DNA of 63,266 nucleotides, filler included, from Stramenopiles sp. TOSAG23-6 (GCA_900128565.1; 10 parts of 10 records of this genome joined end to end with filler, not necessarily neighbours in it); one strand, 5' to 3'. Shown: positions 25,390-37,720, counted from the first letter of the whole stretch. Notes: generated by a model not told the origin, from the sequence alone. Translations and numbers: made by a program.

Positions 25390-26405
25390 ACGTATTGGTG
25401 GGACACTTGATGATGCTGCAGGTGAAGCATTTGATAAAGTATCACGAATTTTAGGATTACCTCAACGAATTGAAAGATTAATGAATAAAGATAAAACATT
25501 TTTACAAAACAATACAGAAAAGAAAACACGAAATATAAAAATGCATGGTGGTGCTTTAGTTGAACTTGCATCAAAGAAAGCAAAAAAGTTGAAGAAGAAA
25601 ATGTATGAATCAAATAGTGAATCATACTCATTTCCAATTCCTATGCGTGGATCAAATCGATGGAAATTGGACTTTTCATTCTCTGGGCTTAAAACAGCAG
25701 TTTTGTATGCAATGCGTAATGAAATCTCTCGAGCTCAATCAAAATTAGAAAACGATGAAATTTCCATCATTAAAAATAATAGTACTAATAATGTTAAGGC
25801 TAAAGCTCAATCTGAAATTGAATCATTACTTCAAGTAAATGACAACGATGCATTTGAAATTGCTGAGGCATTTCAAAAATCAGCTGTAAAACATATCATA
25901 GAGAAAACTGAGGGGGCTTTAGACCATGCAGAGAAATTGTTGATAGATGGAATGAATAACCCTAACCCTACCCCTATGTACGTTTTTTTTTCAAATTCGA
26001 AATTATTTTTTCGTACGAAATTTTGTACCTAACAAATTTAAGTGTTTTTTTGATAACCCTAAGAATAATAACATACAAAAAAAAACTGAGAATATAGAAA
26101 AGTGTATATATAATAATAGTAAAAAGTTAAACAAACTTGTTGTGTGTGGTGGTGTGGCGTCAAATTCTTATTTACGAGACCAAATTGTGAAAATGACAAA
26201 ACAAAAAAATATCAATGTAATTTATCCTCCGCCTAAATTATGTACAGATAATGGTGTTATGATTGCATGGGCTGCCTGTGAGCAGTATAATACATTTCGT
26301 CATAGAAAACACCTAAATGGTGAAAATCCGAACGAGTTTGTGTCTCAAAAAGATAACCCTAACTCTGCTGACCTTACTATACGTGCAAGATGGCCTTTGG
26401 GATGA
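25390..26405 (+). CDS. OSGEPL1: t6A synthase TsaD/Qri7 (OSGEPL1), 5' partial; GT-AT intron 25978-26074
   Basis: [31 protein letters not shown] and [12 protein letters not shown]. The upstream intron ends AAAATACAT at 25389. Confidence 0.92.
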
Positions 26406-26576
26406 TATTTGTATTCTTTTTTTTATTAAAACTAAAAACTAAAACAGTTGTTTTTTTTTTATCTTTTTTATTTTGTTTTTACTAGGACATTTTTTTTATT
26501 TTGTACCTCACGATTTTTCTTTTCATCAGTTCTAACTAATATCGAAAACTCAATGTAAAATATCGGGTAGTATGAA

Positions 26577-29240
26577 TCAATTATTGTTAAATTTTTCAAA
26601 GAAACTTCCAAATATTCCAGACTGTTTTGTTGTTTTCGATATTCTTTTTGCTTTTTTCATTGGTACATTTTTTGATATTTTTGATATTTTTGATTTCTTT
26701 TTGACAGAGCTATTGGAAACATTTTTATTATTTTGAGTCTTTTGAGTCTGTCGCCGTTTTGATTTCTTTTTGACATCTTTTGTATTTGTTTCTTTTCGTT
26801 TATTATTAGCAAGCTTATTATCTAATTGTTTCAATAAAGATAAAAGTTGTGGATTATTCTCTTCAATTGTAGACTTTCTTTTTGATTTAGTTGATTTAGT
26901 TTTAGAATAATTTTCATTATTCTTTACATTTGACTTTGTAGTCATATTTTGATCATTTGTTGTTTTTTTGTAAACAGATTTTGACATTTGATTTTTCTTA
27001 CGTCTTTTAGTAGGTGTTTTAATACCCTGAGATAAAGAAGAATATCCTCTTTTATATCCAGTTTGGGGAGCTTTATTATTTATACCTACTAAAGAATTTT
27101 GAAATTCATTATCCATGTCAAGATCAATATTTTCAATATTTTCAGTATTTTCAATTCCTTCATTTGTATCATTTTCAAACACGGAATTATCGTCACCAGA
27201 AAAGACATTTTTACGTTTTATACGAAATTCTGTTTCTTTTAATGTTGGAAGCCATTTAGGAATACGCTGGTGAGTTTCACGAAGAAAATGTAAGAGTGAT
27301 TTAGCTATTCCTGCATTACCATATTTTCTATCCCAACCAGGAACGTATAAACTAGTTGCTAAACCACTACGCCCAACTCTTCCTGTACGTCCAATACGAT
27401 GAACATATATTTCTATCGATCTAGGTAAACTAAAATTGATTACATGAGACACACCAGGAATGTCAAGACCACGTGAAGCTACATCCGTAGCTATTAGTAA
27501 TCGAGAATTACCTTTTCGAAATTGCGATAAAGAAATTTCTCTTTGAGATTGAGTTAAATCACCATGAAGAAGTACTACAGGAAGTGTATTCTTATCCTCA
27601 ACAGCCATTCTATTTTCTGTTTTTTTGGTTTTTTTGGTTTTTTGATTTTTTTGATTTTTTTGATTTTGTTTTGTTTCTTTCATTACATATTGCATATTTT
27701 CATTGTTTTTAACAATAATTGTTCCAATGAAACGAACTACTTGAGAGTATACCCATTTTGCTTCATATTTTGAATTTACGAAAATTATTGTTCGATCACA
27801 TCCCTTATTATCATTAACCATTGCTGCCAGTAAAATTGGTCTTATTAGATGAAGTCGAGCTTGACGATCTGAAGTAGCAAGTACAACTCTTTGGGTAATT
27901 GATTCAGCAGTTCCAGCAGTTACAGCTATAGACGGAGTATTCTTACATACCTTTTCAGTATCACAATTATCTTTTCCAGTATCACTAGAATTCATATCAG
28001 TAGTAACAACAGTATTCGTACTATTATGTATTGTTTCAGTTGCGAGTAACCCTTTTGCATTCATCCCACGCTGGAGGACAGTTAAGGATGCATAATGTAA
28101 TCCGAGAAAATCTCTAGCTACAACTTGCATAGCAATGGGAAAAGTAGCAGAGTAAAGCAGAGTTTGTCGATAATCATTTTTTGTTTGATAAATTATTGGA
28201 TTAGGATTAGGATTAGAAGTGGGCATGTCCCTTTGTTCAACAACTCTTCGAAGCTCTTTCTCAAAACCCATATCTAACATACGATCCGCTTCGTCTAATA
28301 CAAGTATATTCACTCTCTTTAAACTAATCACACCTCGTGTAACAAAATCATCAAGTCGACCAGGAGTGGCAACAAGAATATCAACACCACTCGCTAACTG
28401 CAGGAGTTGGCTCCTAGGTTTTGCACCACCATAAATTACTACTGATCGTATTGAGTCTTGAGTATAATTATTTTGTGTATTTGCAGGGTTTTGAATTGTT
28501 GTACATAATTTTGACGTTTCATTTTCAATTTGGATTGCAAGCTCTCGTGTTGGTGCTAGAATAACAACACTCGGTGTTACTGCTTTTCGTGATTGTGCAG
28601 CTAATACTGATTTTGGTATTTTCGACGATATACGCTGATTGCTTTTTTTTTTATACACTGCAGCAATAACTGGAAGTAAAAATGCACAAGTTTTACCAGA
28701 ACCGGTTTGTGCACGGCACATCATATTCATACCACCAAGGGCAATGGGAAGTGAATGTCTTTGAATTGGAGTTGGTCTATAATACCCCATTGCCTTAATA
28801 TTAGCTATTACATATGACGGAAGTTCAATTGTGGAAAAATCGTCCATTAATTTCATAGCTGGGCAATCGGACAGCTCTATATTACCCACTGTAGAACGTA
28901 AAACCTCAGCATCCCAGTGAAACTCTTCTCCAACAGCAGCTGCAGCGACTACCGGATCAACCACAGATTTCAATTCATGTGATACTGAAGAACGAATATC
29001 ACACACAGTACGATGACCAAGAAGTGATGCACGACGAATCTTCCAGAAATATGCTGTATCTATTCGTTTTTTTTCGGGTAACGGCTCTAAAGGGGGTGAA
29101 ACTCGACTTTTACCCTTCCGTTTAGGGTTAGAACTTTTACGTTTAGGGTTAGAATTTTTACCCTTTCGATGACTCGATTTGGACTTTGTTGCAACACTGG
29201 CATTTTTACCACCCTGAACGGTGGCATTTATAGGAGCCAT
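26577..29240 (-). CDS. DEAD-box RNA helicase (Ded1/DDX3-like)
   Basis: Q motif PTPIQ, then AQTGSGKT, PTRELA, TPGRL, DEADRMLDMGFE, SAT, SRGLD and HRIGRTGR. Confidence 0.93.
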   Translation of the reverse strand: MAPINATVQGGKNASVATKSKSSHRKGKNSNPKRKSSNPKRKGKSRVSPPLEPLPEKKRIDTAYFWKIRRASLLGHRTVCDIRSSVSHELKSVVDPVVAAAAVGEEFHWDAEVLRSTVGNIELSDCPAMKLMDDFSTIELPSYVIANIKAMGYYRPTPIQRHSLPIALGGMNMMCRAQTGSGKTCAFLLPVIAAVYKKKSNQRISSKIPKSVLAAQSRKAVTPSVVILAPTRELAIQIENETSKLCTTIQNPANTQNNYTQDSIRSVVIYGGAKPRSQLLQLASGVDILVATPGRLDDFVTRGVISLKRVNILVLDEADRMLDMGFEKELRRVVEQRDMPTSNPNPNPIIYQTKNDYRQTLLYSATFPIAMQVVARDFLGLHYASLTVLQRGMNAKGLLATETIHNSTNTVVTTDMNSSDTGKDNCDTEKVCKNTPSIAVTAGTAESITQRVVLATSDRQARLHLIRPILLAAMVNDNKGCDRTIIFVNSKYEAKWVYSQVVRFIGTIIVKNNENMQYVMKETKQNQKNQKNQKTKKTKKTENRMAVEDKNTLPVVLLHGDLTQSQREISLSQFRKGNSRLLIATDVASRGLDIPGVSHVINFSLPRSIEIYVHRIGRTGRVGRSGLATSLYVPGWDRKYGNAGIAKSLLHFLRETHQRIPKWLPTLKETEFRIKRKNVFSGDDNSVFENDTNEGIENTENIENIDLDMDNEFQNSLVGINNKAPQTGYKRGYSSLSQGIKTPTKRRKKNQMSKSVYKKTTNDQNMTTKSNVKNNENYSKTKSTKSKRKSTIEENNPQLLSLLKQLDNKLANNKRKETNTKDVKKKSKRRQTQKTQNNKNVSNSSVKKKSKISKISKNVPMKKAKRISKTTKQSGIFGSFFEKFNNN

Positions 29241-29569
29241 CTACTTACAGATGATCTACAATGTATACTAAGCAATGTAAATAATGTAAAAGGTAATGTT
29301 CTATATATTGATGCGGAAGGAATATAATAAACAAAAGCTATATACAATGAACAAAAGCTTATTCTTGCTGAAAAAAGTTTACGACTGACTACCTAGATCG
29401 GACAAACCTGCTTTCACATTGATTTGTTTGAAAAAAAAAAATAATCGCAATAAATCGTCAGTTTGCTACTAGTCTATCCTCAAGGTTTTAGAAGAAGCTG
29501 CAAAGAACTTGCATTGCATGTTTTGAGGTATAGTGTTCAAAACTTTAAAGCAAAGTAAAAAAGAACAAA

Positions 29570-30277
29570 ATGGTTAGATGTGTAATACAGCGTGTTTTGT
29601 CATCATCTGTTAAAGTTGGCGAAACTACTGTGGGATGTATACAAAATGGTTTATTAGTCTTGGTAGGGATTGAACCTAGAGATAACCAAGATGATATAGA
29701 TTGGATGTCAAAAAAAATATCCAACGCTAAGTTATTCGCCGACGAGCAAGGCCGTCCTTGGAAGAAATCTGTGAAATCTAGCGGATATAGCATTTTGTTG
29801 GTGTCACAATTTACACTTCATGCAAAGTTAAAAGGTAATGGAATTGATGTTAAAGGTGCCATGAAACCAGATGAAGCCAAAGTTTTTTTTGATAAGTTTG
29901 TAGCAAAAGTTTCTGGAGAAATGGGTGATACCGAACGCGTTAAAACAGGAGAATTTGGCGCATATATGGAAGTTTCATTAGTTAATGATGGTCCTGTTAC
30001 ATTGCTAGTGGACTCACAAACAGTTGGTTTCAAAAGACGTATAAAAAGACCTGAAGTAAACGTTCAAAAGAATACCATTGAGAAACAAAAGTCTGAAATA
30101 TCTAAAAACCAGTTGAAAAAAATGGCTAAAAAAGAAAAGAAAAAAGCTCTTAGAAACAGTTACCAACAGGAGACATCCTCTAAAGCAATTCCTACGGAAT
30201 CTTCAGTCGAAAGTCCTCATCATTCTTCTGCTGATATAGCAGATTTACCTGACTCTATGGCAAAAGTTAGACTGTAA
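29570..30277 (+). CDS. DTD1: D-aminoacyl-tRNA deacylase
   Basis: VIQRV, SQFTL and GEFGAYMEVSLVNDGPVT. Confidence 0.95.
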   Translation: MVRCVIQRVLSSSVKVGETTVGCIQNGLLVLVGIEPRDNQDDIDWMSKKISNAKLFADEQGRPWKKSVKSSGYSILLVSQFTLHAKLKGNGIDVKGAMKPDEAKVFFDKFVAKVSGEMGDTERVKTGEFGAYMEVSLVNDGPVTLLVDSQTVGFKRRIKRPEVNVQKNTIEKQKSEISKNQLKKMAKKEKKKALRNSYQQETSSKAIPTESSVESPHHSSADIADLPDSMAKVRL

Positions 30278-30644
30278 TAATTAATTTACATTATGCGAAA
30301 AATATTTTTATAAAAAAGTCTAGTCCACCAAATTTTGACACACTTTAATTTTACACTGTACACCCGTATTTACAATGTCGCGTATCTCCTGTTGTAGAGT
30401 AATTGTCTGATTAAAAAATGTAGCAATACTTGAGCCACCTCTCGAGCAAATTTCCCAATAAGATCTCCTTTACGCACTGAATTACCCACAAAACAAGTAA
30501 AAATTTATGAAAATTTCGTGTTTTTTGAAAGATCAAAAATCAAATTTTTTGAGCCCACACGACACGACGACGATTTGAGATTTAGATATTGGACAGGAAC
30601 ACAAACGATATATATACCGAACACAAGAAGTTGAGTTGTTTTCC

Positions 30645-31539
30645 ATGTCAGAGTTCATTATCGACAAACATTACTATGCTCTTTGTGCTTTAGTAACGGC
30701 TCTGATTCAGTATTCATGTTTCTTCATCGCGTATAACTGTAGCTTTGATACAATAACTGATTTCGCGGGTAGTATAAACTTTGTAGTGATTGCTCTTCTG
30801 ACGCTTTTCCTCGGTGACTATTATTATGACAGACAAGTTGTCCTAACAGGTATGTTATTGGCTGCACGTTTAGAACTTGCTATATTTTTGTTATATAGAG
30901 TTGTAAAAAGAAAGAAAGATGCACGTTTTGACAGAATACGTGAAAATCTCATCCCCTTCTTAGTCTTTTGGACTTTTCAAATCATTTGGATATATGTAGT
31001 AGCACTACCAGTAACAAGAATAAACTCAGCTCAACCTAATCCTGCTATTTGTGGATGGGATTATTTAGGTTGGACAATGTGGGGTATCGGCTTTTTCGTA
31101 CAGACTCATAGTGACTTTCAGAAGCTTTCTTTTCGGTCGAATCCTGCCAACAAAAACTTTGCCTGTGACACTGGATTTTGGAAATATTCACGGCATCCAA
31201 ACTACTTTGGAGAAATCCTCATGTGGACAGGAATATTCTTATCGACTCTACCAGTTTGGCGTATTGATGGTGAGAAGGATGGTTGGATTACCATGTATGT
31301 TTTCAAAATTGAATGTAAAATATATTTTTTTCTGTACCAAAATTTGTACCTAACAAAAAATTTAAAAAAAACAAAAAAATTTTCACAATACAGGCTATCA
31401 CCAATTTTTACCATTATACTTTTACTCTTTGTTTCAGGTGTCCCAACGGCTGAAGGGAAAAACTTGAAAAGATTTTATGAAAATGGGAATTCTATTCGCG
31501 AAAGGTATATGAGTTATAGATCACGCACACCTACGATAT
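30645..31539 (+). CDS. DUF1295 / steroid 5-alpha-reductase-like membrane protein, 3' partial; GT-AG family intron 31295-31393, next donor at 31540
   Basis: TDFAGS.NF, KDARFD, DFQK and WKYSRHPNYFGE. Junction ACC AT|GTATGT...CAATACAG|G CTA. Confidence 0.9.
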
Positions 31540-31704
31540 GTATGTTTTATTTTTTTTTTTTAACAAAAAATCGAATTTTTTTTTCGTACGAAATTTTGTA
31601 CCTANNNNNNNNNNNNNNNNNNNNNNNNNNNNNNNNNNNNNNNNNNNNTTAATTAATTAANNNNNNNNNNNNNNNNNNNNNNNNNNNNNNNNNNNNNNNN
31701 NNNN

Positions 31705-33926
31705 AACTATTTTCAGCATTCAAGTGTTGGCGTAGTATTATTGATGCTGTGATTGAAAAAGAAAATCATGAAGTCGAAGTTCAACAGATTACAGATTTGT
31801 ACGAAAAGTCAATGAAGCAGAATAGTGGTGTTCTTAGCATGAGTAAATTTGTTGCTAGAATGCTATTAGGTGCATTGTATCGCGCGTTTCATAAATGGAA
31901 GAGTTCTTTTATAATTTATTCGTTAGAACACAAAAGCGAAGTTTATGTACAAGCTTTATTAGATGCAAAACATGAAAAGTTCTCGACTAAAACGAAAGCA
32001 TATGCGACTAAGGTTGTCTACAGATTTCTCTTGCGAAAACTTTGGGTTTACTTTGAAGTTTGGCGAATTTCATCAGATAACGAATCAAGAAGAATAAAAG
32101 CGTATAGAGAAGCTACAATCCTAGTTCGAAGGTCGTTACTTCGAATGCGATACCAAACTTTGCAAAAGGGGTGGAATAAATGGCAATGTACGTTTATTAT
32201 CAATCACACAACAGAGCAAAAAGATCGATTGTGGGATTTGCTGGAGAATATGCAACATTCACTAGAGGACCATCAAAAGATTGTTGGTTTACGAGTTATT
32301 TCACGATGTATGGAGAATAAACTGTCAAGTGTATTTATTCACTGGTGGAAAACTACATTAGAATTGATTTGTGAAGATAACATTCTAAAGGATAAAACCA
32401 AAGCATCAGCAATATCAATTAAAAGATGCCTTTGTCGCTTTTGGCTTGCAAAGCTTGGAGATGCATTCAACGTGTGGTATATTACAGCATTTCATATTCG
32501 GATAAAACTGGAACACGATGAAAAACTTGATTCAATGAAACTTGGAAGCCAAAGAAAACAATTTAGAGTCGCACGCTCTTTAGTTTTGCGAATAATTCGC
32601 CGCAACACGGAGGCTGCATTTCAGAGGTGGCGACATGCTTTAACATTGAATGATCTGCTACATAAGATGTCTAAAATGGATGAAACATTTCAAGAGAGGC
32701 ACAGAAAACACAATATTGATACGAAGCAATCCAGCATGAAGAGAATTATTCTTCGGCTACATTATTCAAAATTAGCATTAGCTATGTGTCACTGGAATGC
32801 TAAAGCAAAAGACATTTCATACAAAAACAATATGCTTAATAGAGCTACTAAAGTATTACATTTTTCACTGAAACGATTTTGTCGGAAAATTCTCATGACT
32901 GCCTTTCACAAGTGGATAACAGGATATCATTATGAAACACTTAGCGATGCTGTAGTAAATTATAACATGATTCAAATTAATCATGGTGTTGTCATTACGG
33001 AGTGTGTGCTACGACGATGGATCAGAAGGAGTTTATTAAAAGCACTAGATCATTGGCACAGGCAAACCGAAATTATTTGTGTACATAATGATCGAAAGCA
33101 AACCGCAACTAGGGTTATGTACTGTATATTTGGGCGTTGGATTCAATATGTGTTAAGAAACGCATGGGCAGATTGGTTACGACACATTCATGTGTGGAAA
33201 ATGCGAAAAGTACATATGGTGGAAATGTCAAAGTTAATATCATCTCACTTAGAAGATACCAAACGACAAGAAGAAAGATCTCACTTAGAAGATACCAAAC
33301 GACAAGAGGAAATGTCAAAGTTAATATCATCTCACTTAGAAGATACCAAACGACAAGAAGAAAGTAAAAAATCAGAATTCACAATACAATCCAGAAAGCA
33401 CACACATATGGTTTTACTACATGCTGATAGGATTTTAAATCGTTGGAGAAATAGATTACGTACCAATTCCTGGAACAAATGGAAAAATTTTCTTAAGTGG
33501 CAGAATGTACATATGTTATTATCAGAACTCTCTTTGGAGCGCTACTTTCATGGTTTGACAAATCTGAATACCAGTAATGTTGTACATAGATGGTATAGAC
33601 ATTGCTTAGTAAAGGGCTTGATGTCATTCAGAACAGTAAGTGGCTTTCATAAAAAAAGAGAAACATCTAAGGAGTGTACGAACAATAGCACTGAAAGGCA
33701 GAAAAAACAAAAAGATACATATAATATAGCTACGAACAATGTACGCAGATCCAACCGTACTCTTCTAGCACACCGTTTTATCATTCGCTGCTTGTCACTA
33801 CCAGAAAGTCTCGTTTGGGAACGATGGCTCGCTGTCACGGGAATTCGCCAAAATTTGAACAAGGACCAATATCAAGTACAACATAAATCTAAAATGCCTG
33901 AAGTACCAGATACAATATCACTTTAA
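31705..33926 (+). CDS. Trp-repeat helical protein (Sfi1-like centrin-binding repeats), 5' partial
   Basis: Recurrent L..AF..W motifs (LYRAFHKW, LQKGWNKW, LGDAFNVW, LMTAFHKW). Internal in-frame duplication at 33221-33360. Confidence 0.6.
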
Positions 33927-34485
33927 AATAATTATACTATATTGTGTGAATGAGTATTACTAAATTGAATGATACAAAGTTACTCAGTTGAAATTTACTA
34001 GTAAAAAAAAAATGAAAAGTGTTCATTTTTATATATAAATATAAATTCAAAAAAAATACTTTACTTTTTTTGTTCAAATGTAATACTGGTACGATAAATT
34101 ACTATATAATAGAACTAACAGAACCATCACTGCGACCTCAACAAAACGAGTTATTAAAACGAGTTATTAATGAAACGACAAGTGTTGCGAACCCACTTTA
34201 ACGTACCGTGACACTGTTTGATTAATTGGAGTTGCTTTACATTTATGATCATGATACTTTTCCCAGAAACATTTTCCGATGGTCAGTTCACAATAATATC
34301 GAAGAAAACGAAGAAAACGCCACGTGTGCAATCTATAATAAATCCATCAAGTTAAAATTTTAAATTTTTGACCCCTTCATTCAAGGCTTCATCAAGAAAT
34401 CCTGGGACCAGAACGAGCCGAAAGAGAAATGCAATGAATAATATCATATCACATTGAGCTACATTGAAAGTAATAATTTAGTAGA

Positions 34486-36528
34486 ATGTCAACTCGAGAC
34501 CCCCACATGATGCGCGAAGCATTGCAATTTCTATCGAATATTCCAATGGGCGGCGAGCATTTGCCTTCTGGTCGCCGTAACCCACGCTCACCTCCTGGTT
34601 CTAGTTTGTCAAAAAGAATGGCCTTTTCTAGTTCAACAGAAGTACCAAATGAAGGCTATGGTCGAAATAATAATCGTAATGGCATATTAATGGTTCAAGG
34701 TGATAAGACATATGTTCATGTTGGACTTCACGACATCCTACAACGTGGGCCAGATATCGAAGGGACAGCAAGGCGACAATGGGAAGATGCTCTTGTTCGC
34801 CAAGGCTTCATGAATGGTCGAGTATTTCTTTCAGCAAGTCGTGGTTACCCTACATGTGTATTTTCGATGAAACCATATGCTACTAATTCAGCAAAAGTAC
34901 TTGAAAAGAAGAAAAAGAGGAAAAAAATACCTTCTCGAAAAACTCAAGATTTCGATTCTGGTATTGATAGTGTTGATGAAGAAATTGTTGTTGAAGGAAT
35001 ATCATATAAACATTTGCTACACTCTACATGGGGAAAATATTGTAGCTCTGAGCGTGATCAAAAAGAAGANCATCCAGCACCCCCACCACAATATATCCCT
35101 GGTTATCTAGATGATCCTGAAATTAGACATACGAAGCATCGGACTGTAATGTTCATGCCACCTGCGTGTACGTTTTTTTCCNACACTTTTTTTTTTTAAT
35201 ATTTTTTTTAATACGAAATTTTGTACCTAACAAATTTTAGTTTTTTTTTTTAAATATTTTTTCAAAATACATGTTATATACACACTGTGATACCTTATTC
35301 CAGACCTAAAAAATTACAAGAGGAACTTAATGCCCAGTTTCATCAAAAACATCCCCATTTAGACCCCCAATTAACTCTCACCAGTGTACGTCGAGCAAAG
35401 GAGATTTGTTGTAAGATGTATGTTTTTATCGTTTATTTTTTGTACGAAATATTTTTAATATTTTTTTTTTTTTACTATTTTTTTTTTAAATATTTTTTTT
35501 ACATGTTTTCATCGTTTTTTTATACGAAATATTTTTAATGATTTTTTTTTTTAAAGTATTTTTTTTACATGTTTTCATCATTTCCTGTACAATTTCAATG
35601 TCGAATTTACTTTTTTTCATTGAAAATTTTAATTTTGGACATTTTTTGTTAAATTTCAAAGTTTTGAAATATTTTTTCACAATATTTGTTACATTTTTGT
35701 CTTTCTAACAATAAAAACACAGACGATGATGGAGATGGGGTAGATAGAGACGACAAACCTGTTTTAGAGGTATCAACTGTAGCTCTTGCATTCGTATGTT
35801 GTCTATTTCAATTTAATTTTTTTTTTCCGTCAAAAATATTTCATACCTATCAAGTTTTTTTGAAAATATTTTTTCACAATATATGTATGTTTTTTTTCAT
35901 TTTTTTTTCAATTTCGAATTTAATTTTTTTTTTTTGATTTTTTCGTACGAAATTTCGTACCTAACAAATTATACAAAAAAAAAATATTTTTTCACAATAT
36001 ATGTATACTGGGAAAAATTAATTCTTCGCTCAGTCTGTACATTTTCAAGTATGGAAAATTCGTTTTTCGTGTCAAAAGATAATCATGTGTGTTTTCAAGA
36101 TTGAGTTTCATTTTTTTCATACAAAAGTTTGTACCTTACAAAACAGTGTACAAAAAAAAAATATATTTTTCCAAAATACATGTTTTTTTTATTAATTTTT
36201 TTTTTTTGAAAATTTCAGACCTAACAAAACCATTTCAAAAAAAAAATATTTTCCCAAAATACATTGTTTAATTCTTGCAGTTTGTCTTTTACTAGCACAC
36301 AAGTTCAATCAACCCCAACCGGTGGCAAGTTCAGAAATTCAGAAATTATTAGTATTAGTTGTAGAGAAACTAGGTAGGATAAGCCCATCTGCGTTTAATA
36401 AGAAAAATATTTTTCAAAATGAGACTTTAGTCTTTGCAGCTCTTGATTTTAGTCTTCATATACAAAAAAATGAATTTTTACCTCACATTTCACTCATTAG
36501 CGAATGTATGAATATGATTGATAAATAG
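34486..36528 (+). CDS. CABLES-like cyclin-domain protein; introns 35168-35272, 35418-35687, 35794-36002 and 36087-36264
   Basis: ALQFLSNI, YLDDPE..TKHRTV, YIHTVIPY..PKKL.EELN.QF..KHP..LTLT, STVALAF|VYWEKL, CLLLAHKF and ETLVFAALDFSL. Confidence 0.85.
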
Positions 36529-36648
36529 ATTTTAAAGATAAATAAATGAAAATTGAGAATTTATACAACAAATTTTAAAACAATTCGTAATTTCTAGAGA
36601 GAATCGCCTTTTATTTTTGTTGAAAATTTTTGTGTCTATTGAGTGGGT

Positions 36649-37066
36649 TTATTCTACTAACTCGTCTCCTTGTTGTGGAGCTATAGTTGAAAGAGATTTT
36701 GACAATTTNTTTGCATTTGAATGTTTCTTTTTCCAGAACGAACGTATAGCAATTACAGCGCCACCAACAACAATGCATAGCACTCCGACCACAGGCAGCA
36801 CAATCTTCCGCGTTTCTCTATCATCATCATCTGAGTTATCTGGTCGTAATCTATTCAACGTGGTTCGAATGCAAGGCGATAACCTCCGACCTCCATCTCC
36901 TCTGGAGGCATGCGTTATCAATATTGGCGACTATATCACGCAACTTTTGAAGTTCTTGGCGCAAATCGGCCAATTCTGTTGCACCAATGCCATCCATTCC
37001 CTTCTTCGAATAGTGCAATACGCAATGAAGCATCTGAGCATATTTTGGTATTTTAACATTATACAA
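36649..37066 (-). CDS. Possible small tail-anchored membrane protein split over two overlapping frames
   Basis: A coiled-coil-like ORF (37066-36851) overlaps a TM-containing ORF (36921-36649). The structure is unresolved. Confidence 0.3.
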
Positions 37067-37323
37067 CTGCGTAGTAGGTCGTGGACGTTTATATCATTCC
37101 TTTATAAAACTTTCTTTTCTTCCTTTTGCACTTCTAAAGACCTGTTTTGGCGCAGCGTTCGTTCCTCTGGCAAAATTTACCGGAATTGACCGCTCCATTT
37201 TTCCTTTCGAAGCAGCCGTTACCCGGTACCCATTTTTCAATATTGGAATTGGAATATTGGAATAATACAATTCACTATTACTATTACTATTAGTATNTAC
37301 AAAGTATCATGAGGAAAGGCAAG

Positions 37324-37405
37324 ATAGTTGTGGCCGAGTGGTTAAGGCGAGACATTAGAAATGTCTTGGGCTATGCCCGCGCAGGTTCGAATCCTGTCAA
37401 CTGCG
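37324..37405 (+). tRNA. tRNA-Ser(AGA)
   Basis: A box TGGCCGAGTGG, anticodon arm AGACA-TTAGAAA-TGTCT, long variable arm, GGTTCGAATCC, discriminator G and a downstream oligo-T tract. Length 82 nt. Confidence 0.93.
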
Positions 37406-37720
37406 AATTGTTTTTTTTTCTAAATAATTTTTAAAAATATGAATTTTTTTGAGACCTCGAGCGTGTACCCGGTAACGAAGAATCGATCGATAAAATACCA
37501 TTAAATTTTCTAGACAAAAATACAGACAAATAATACGTATAGACTTACATTCGTCAGCAACCAGTGTTTTCCACGTTGGACAGATTCAAAGAAAAAAGAC
37601 AATTGTAAAAAGTTAACTTTTTACAATTTTAAATTATATTTTTGAGAAAAATAAAATATTAGTAATATTTTATTTAAAACGTGTTTGTGTGTTGTTGTAG
37701 TAAACATTGAAGCGTTTATT

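Noticed and set aside
36851-37198. In-frame TGA near 37095 as stop-codon reassignment or readthrough
   Set aside because: It is a single case in an unrecognised ORF. TGA terminates other genes normally, and long conserved ORFs contain no internal stops.
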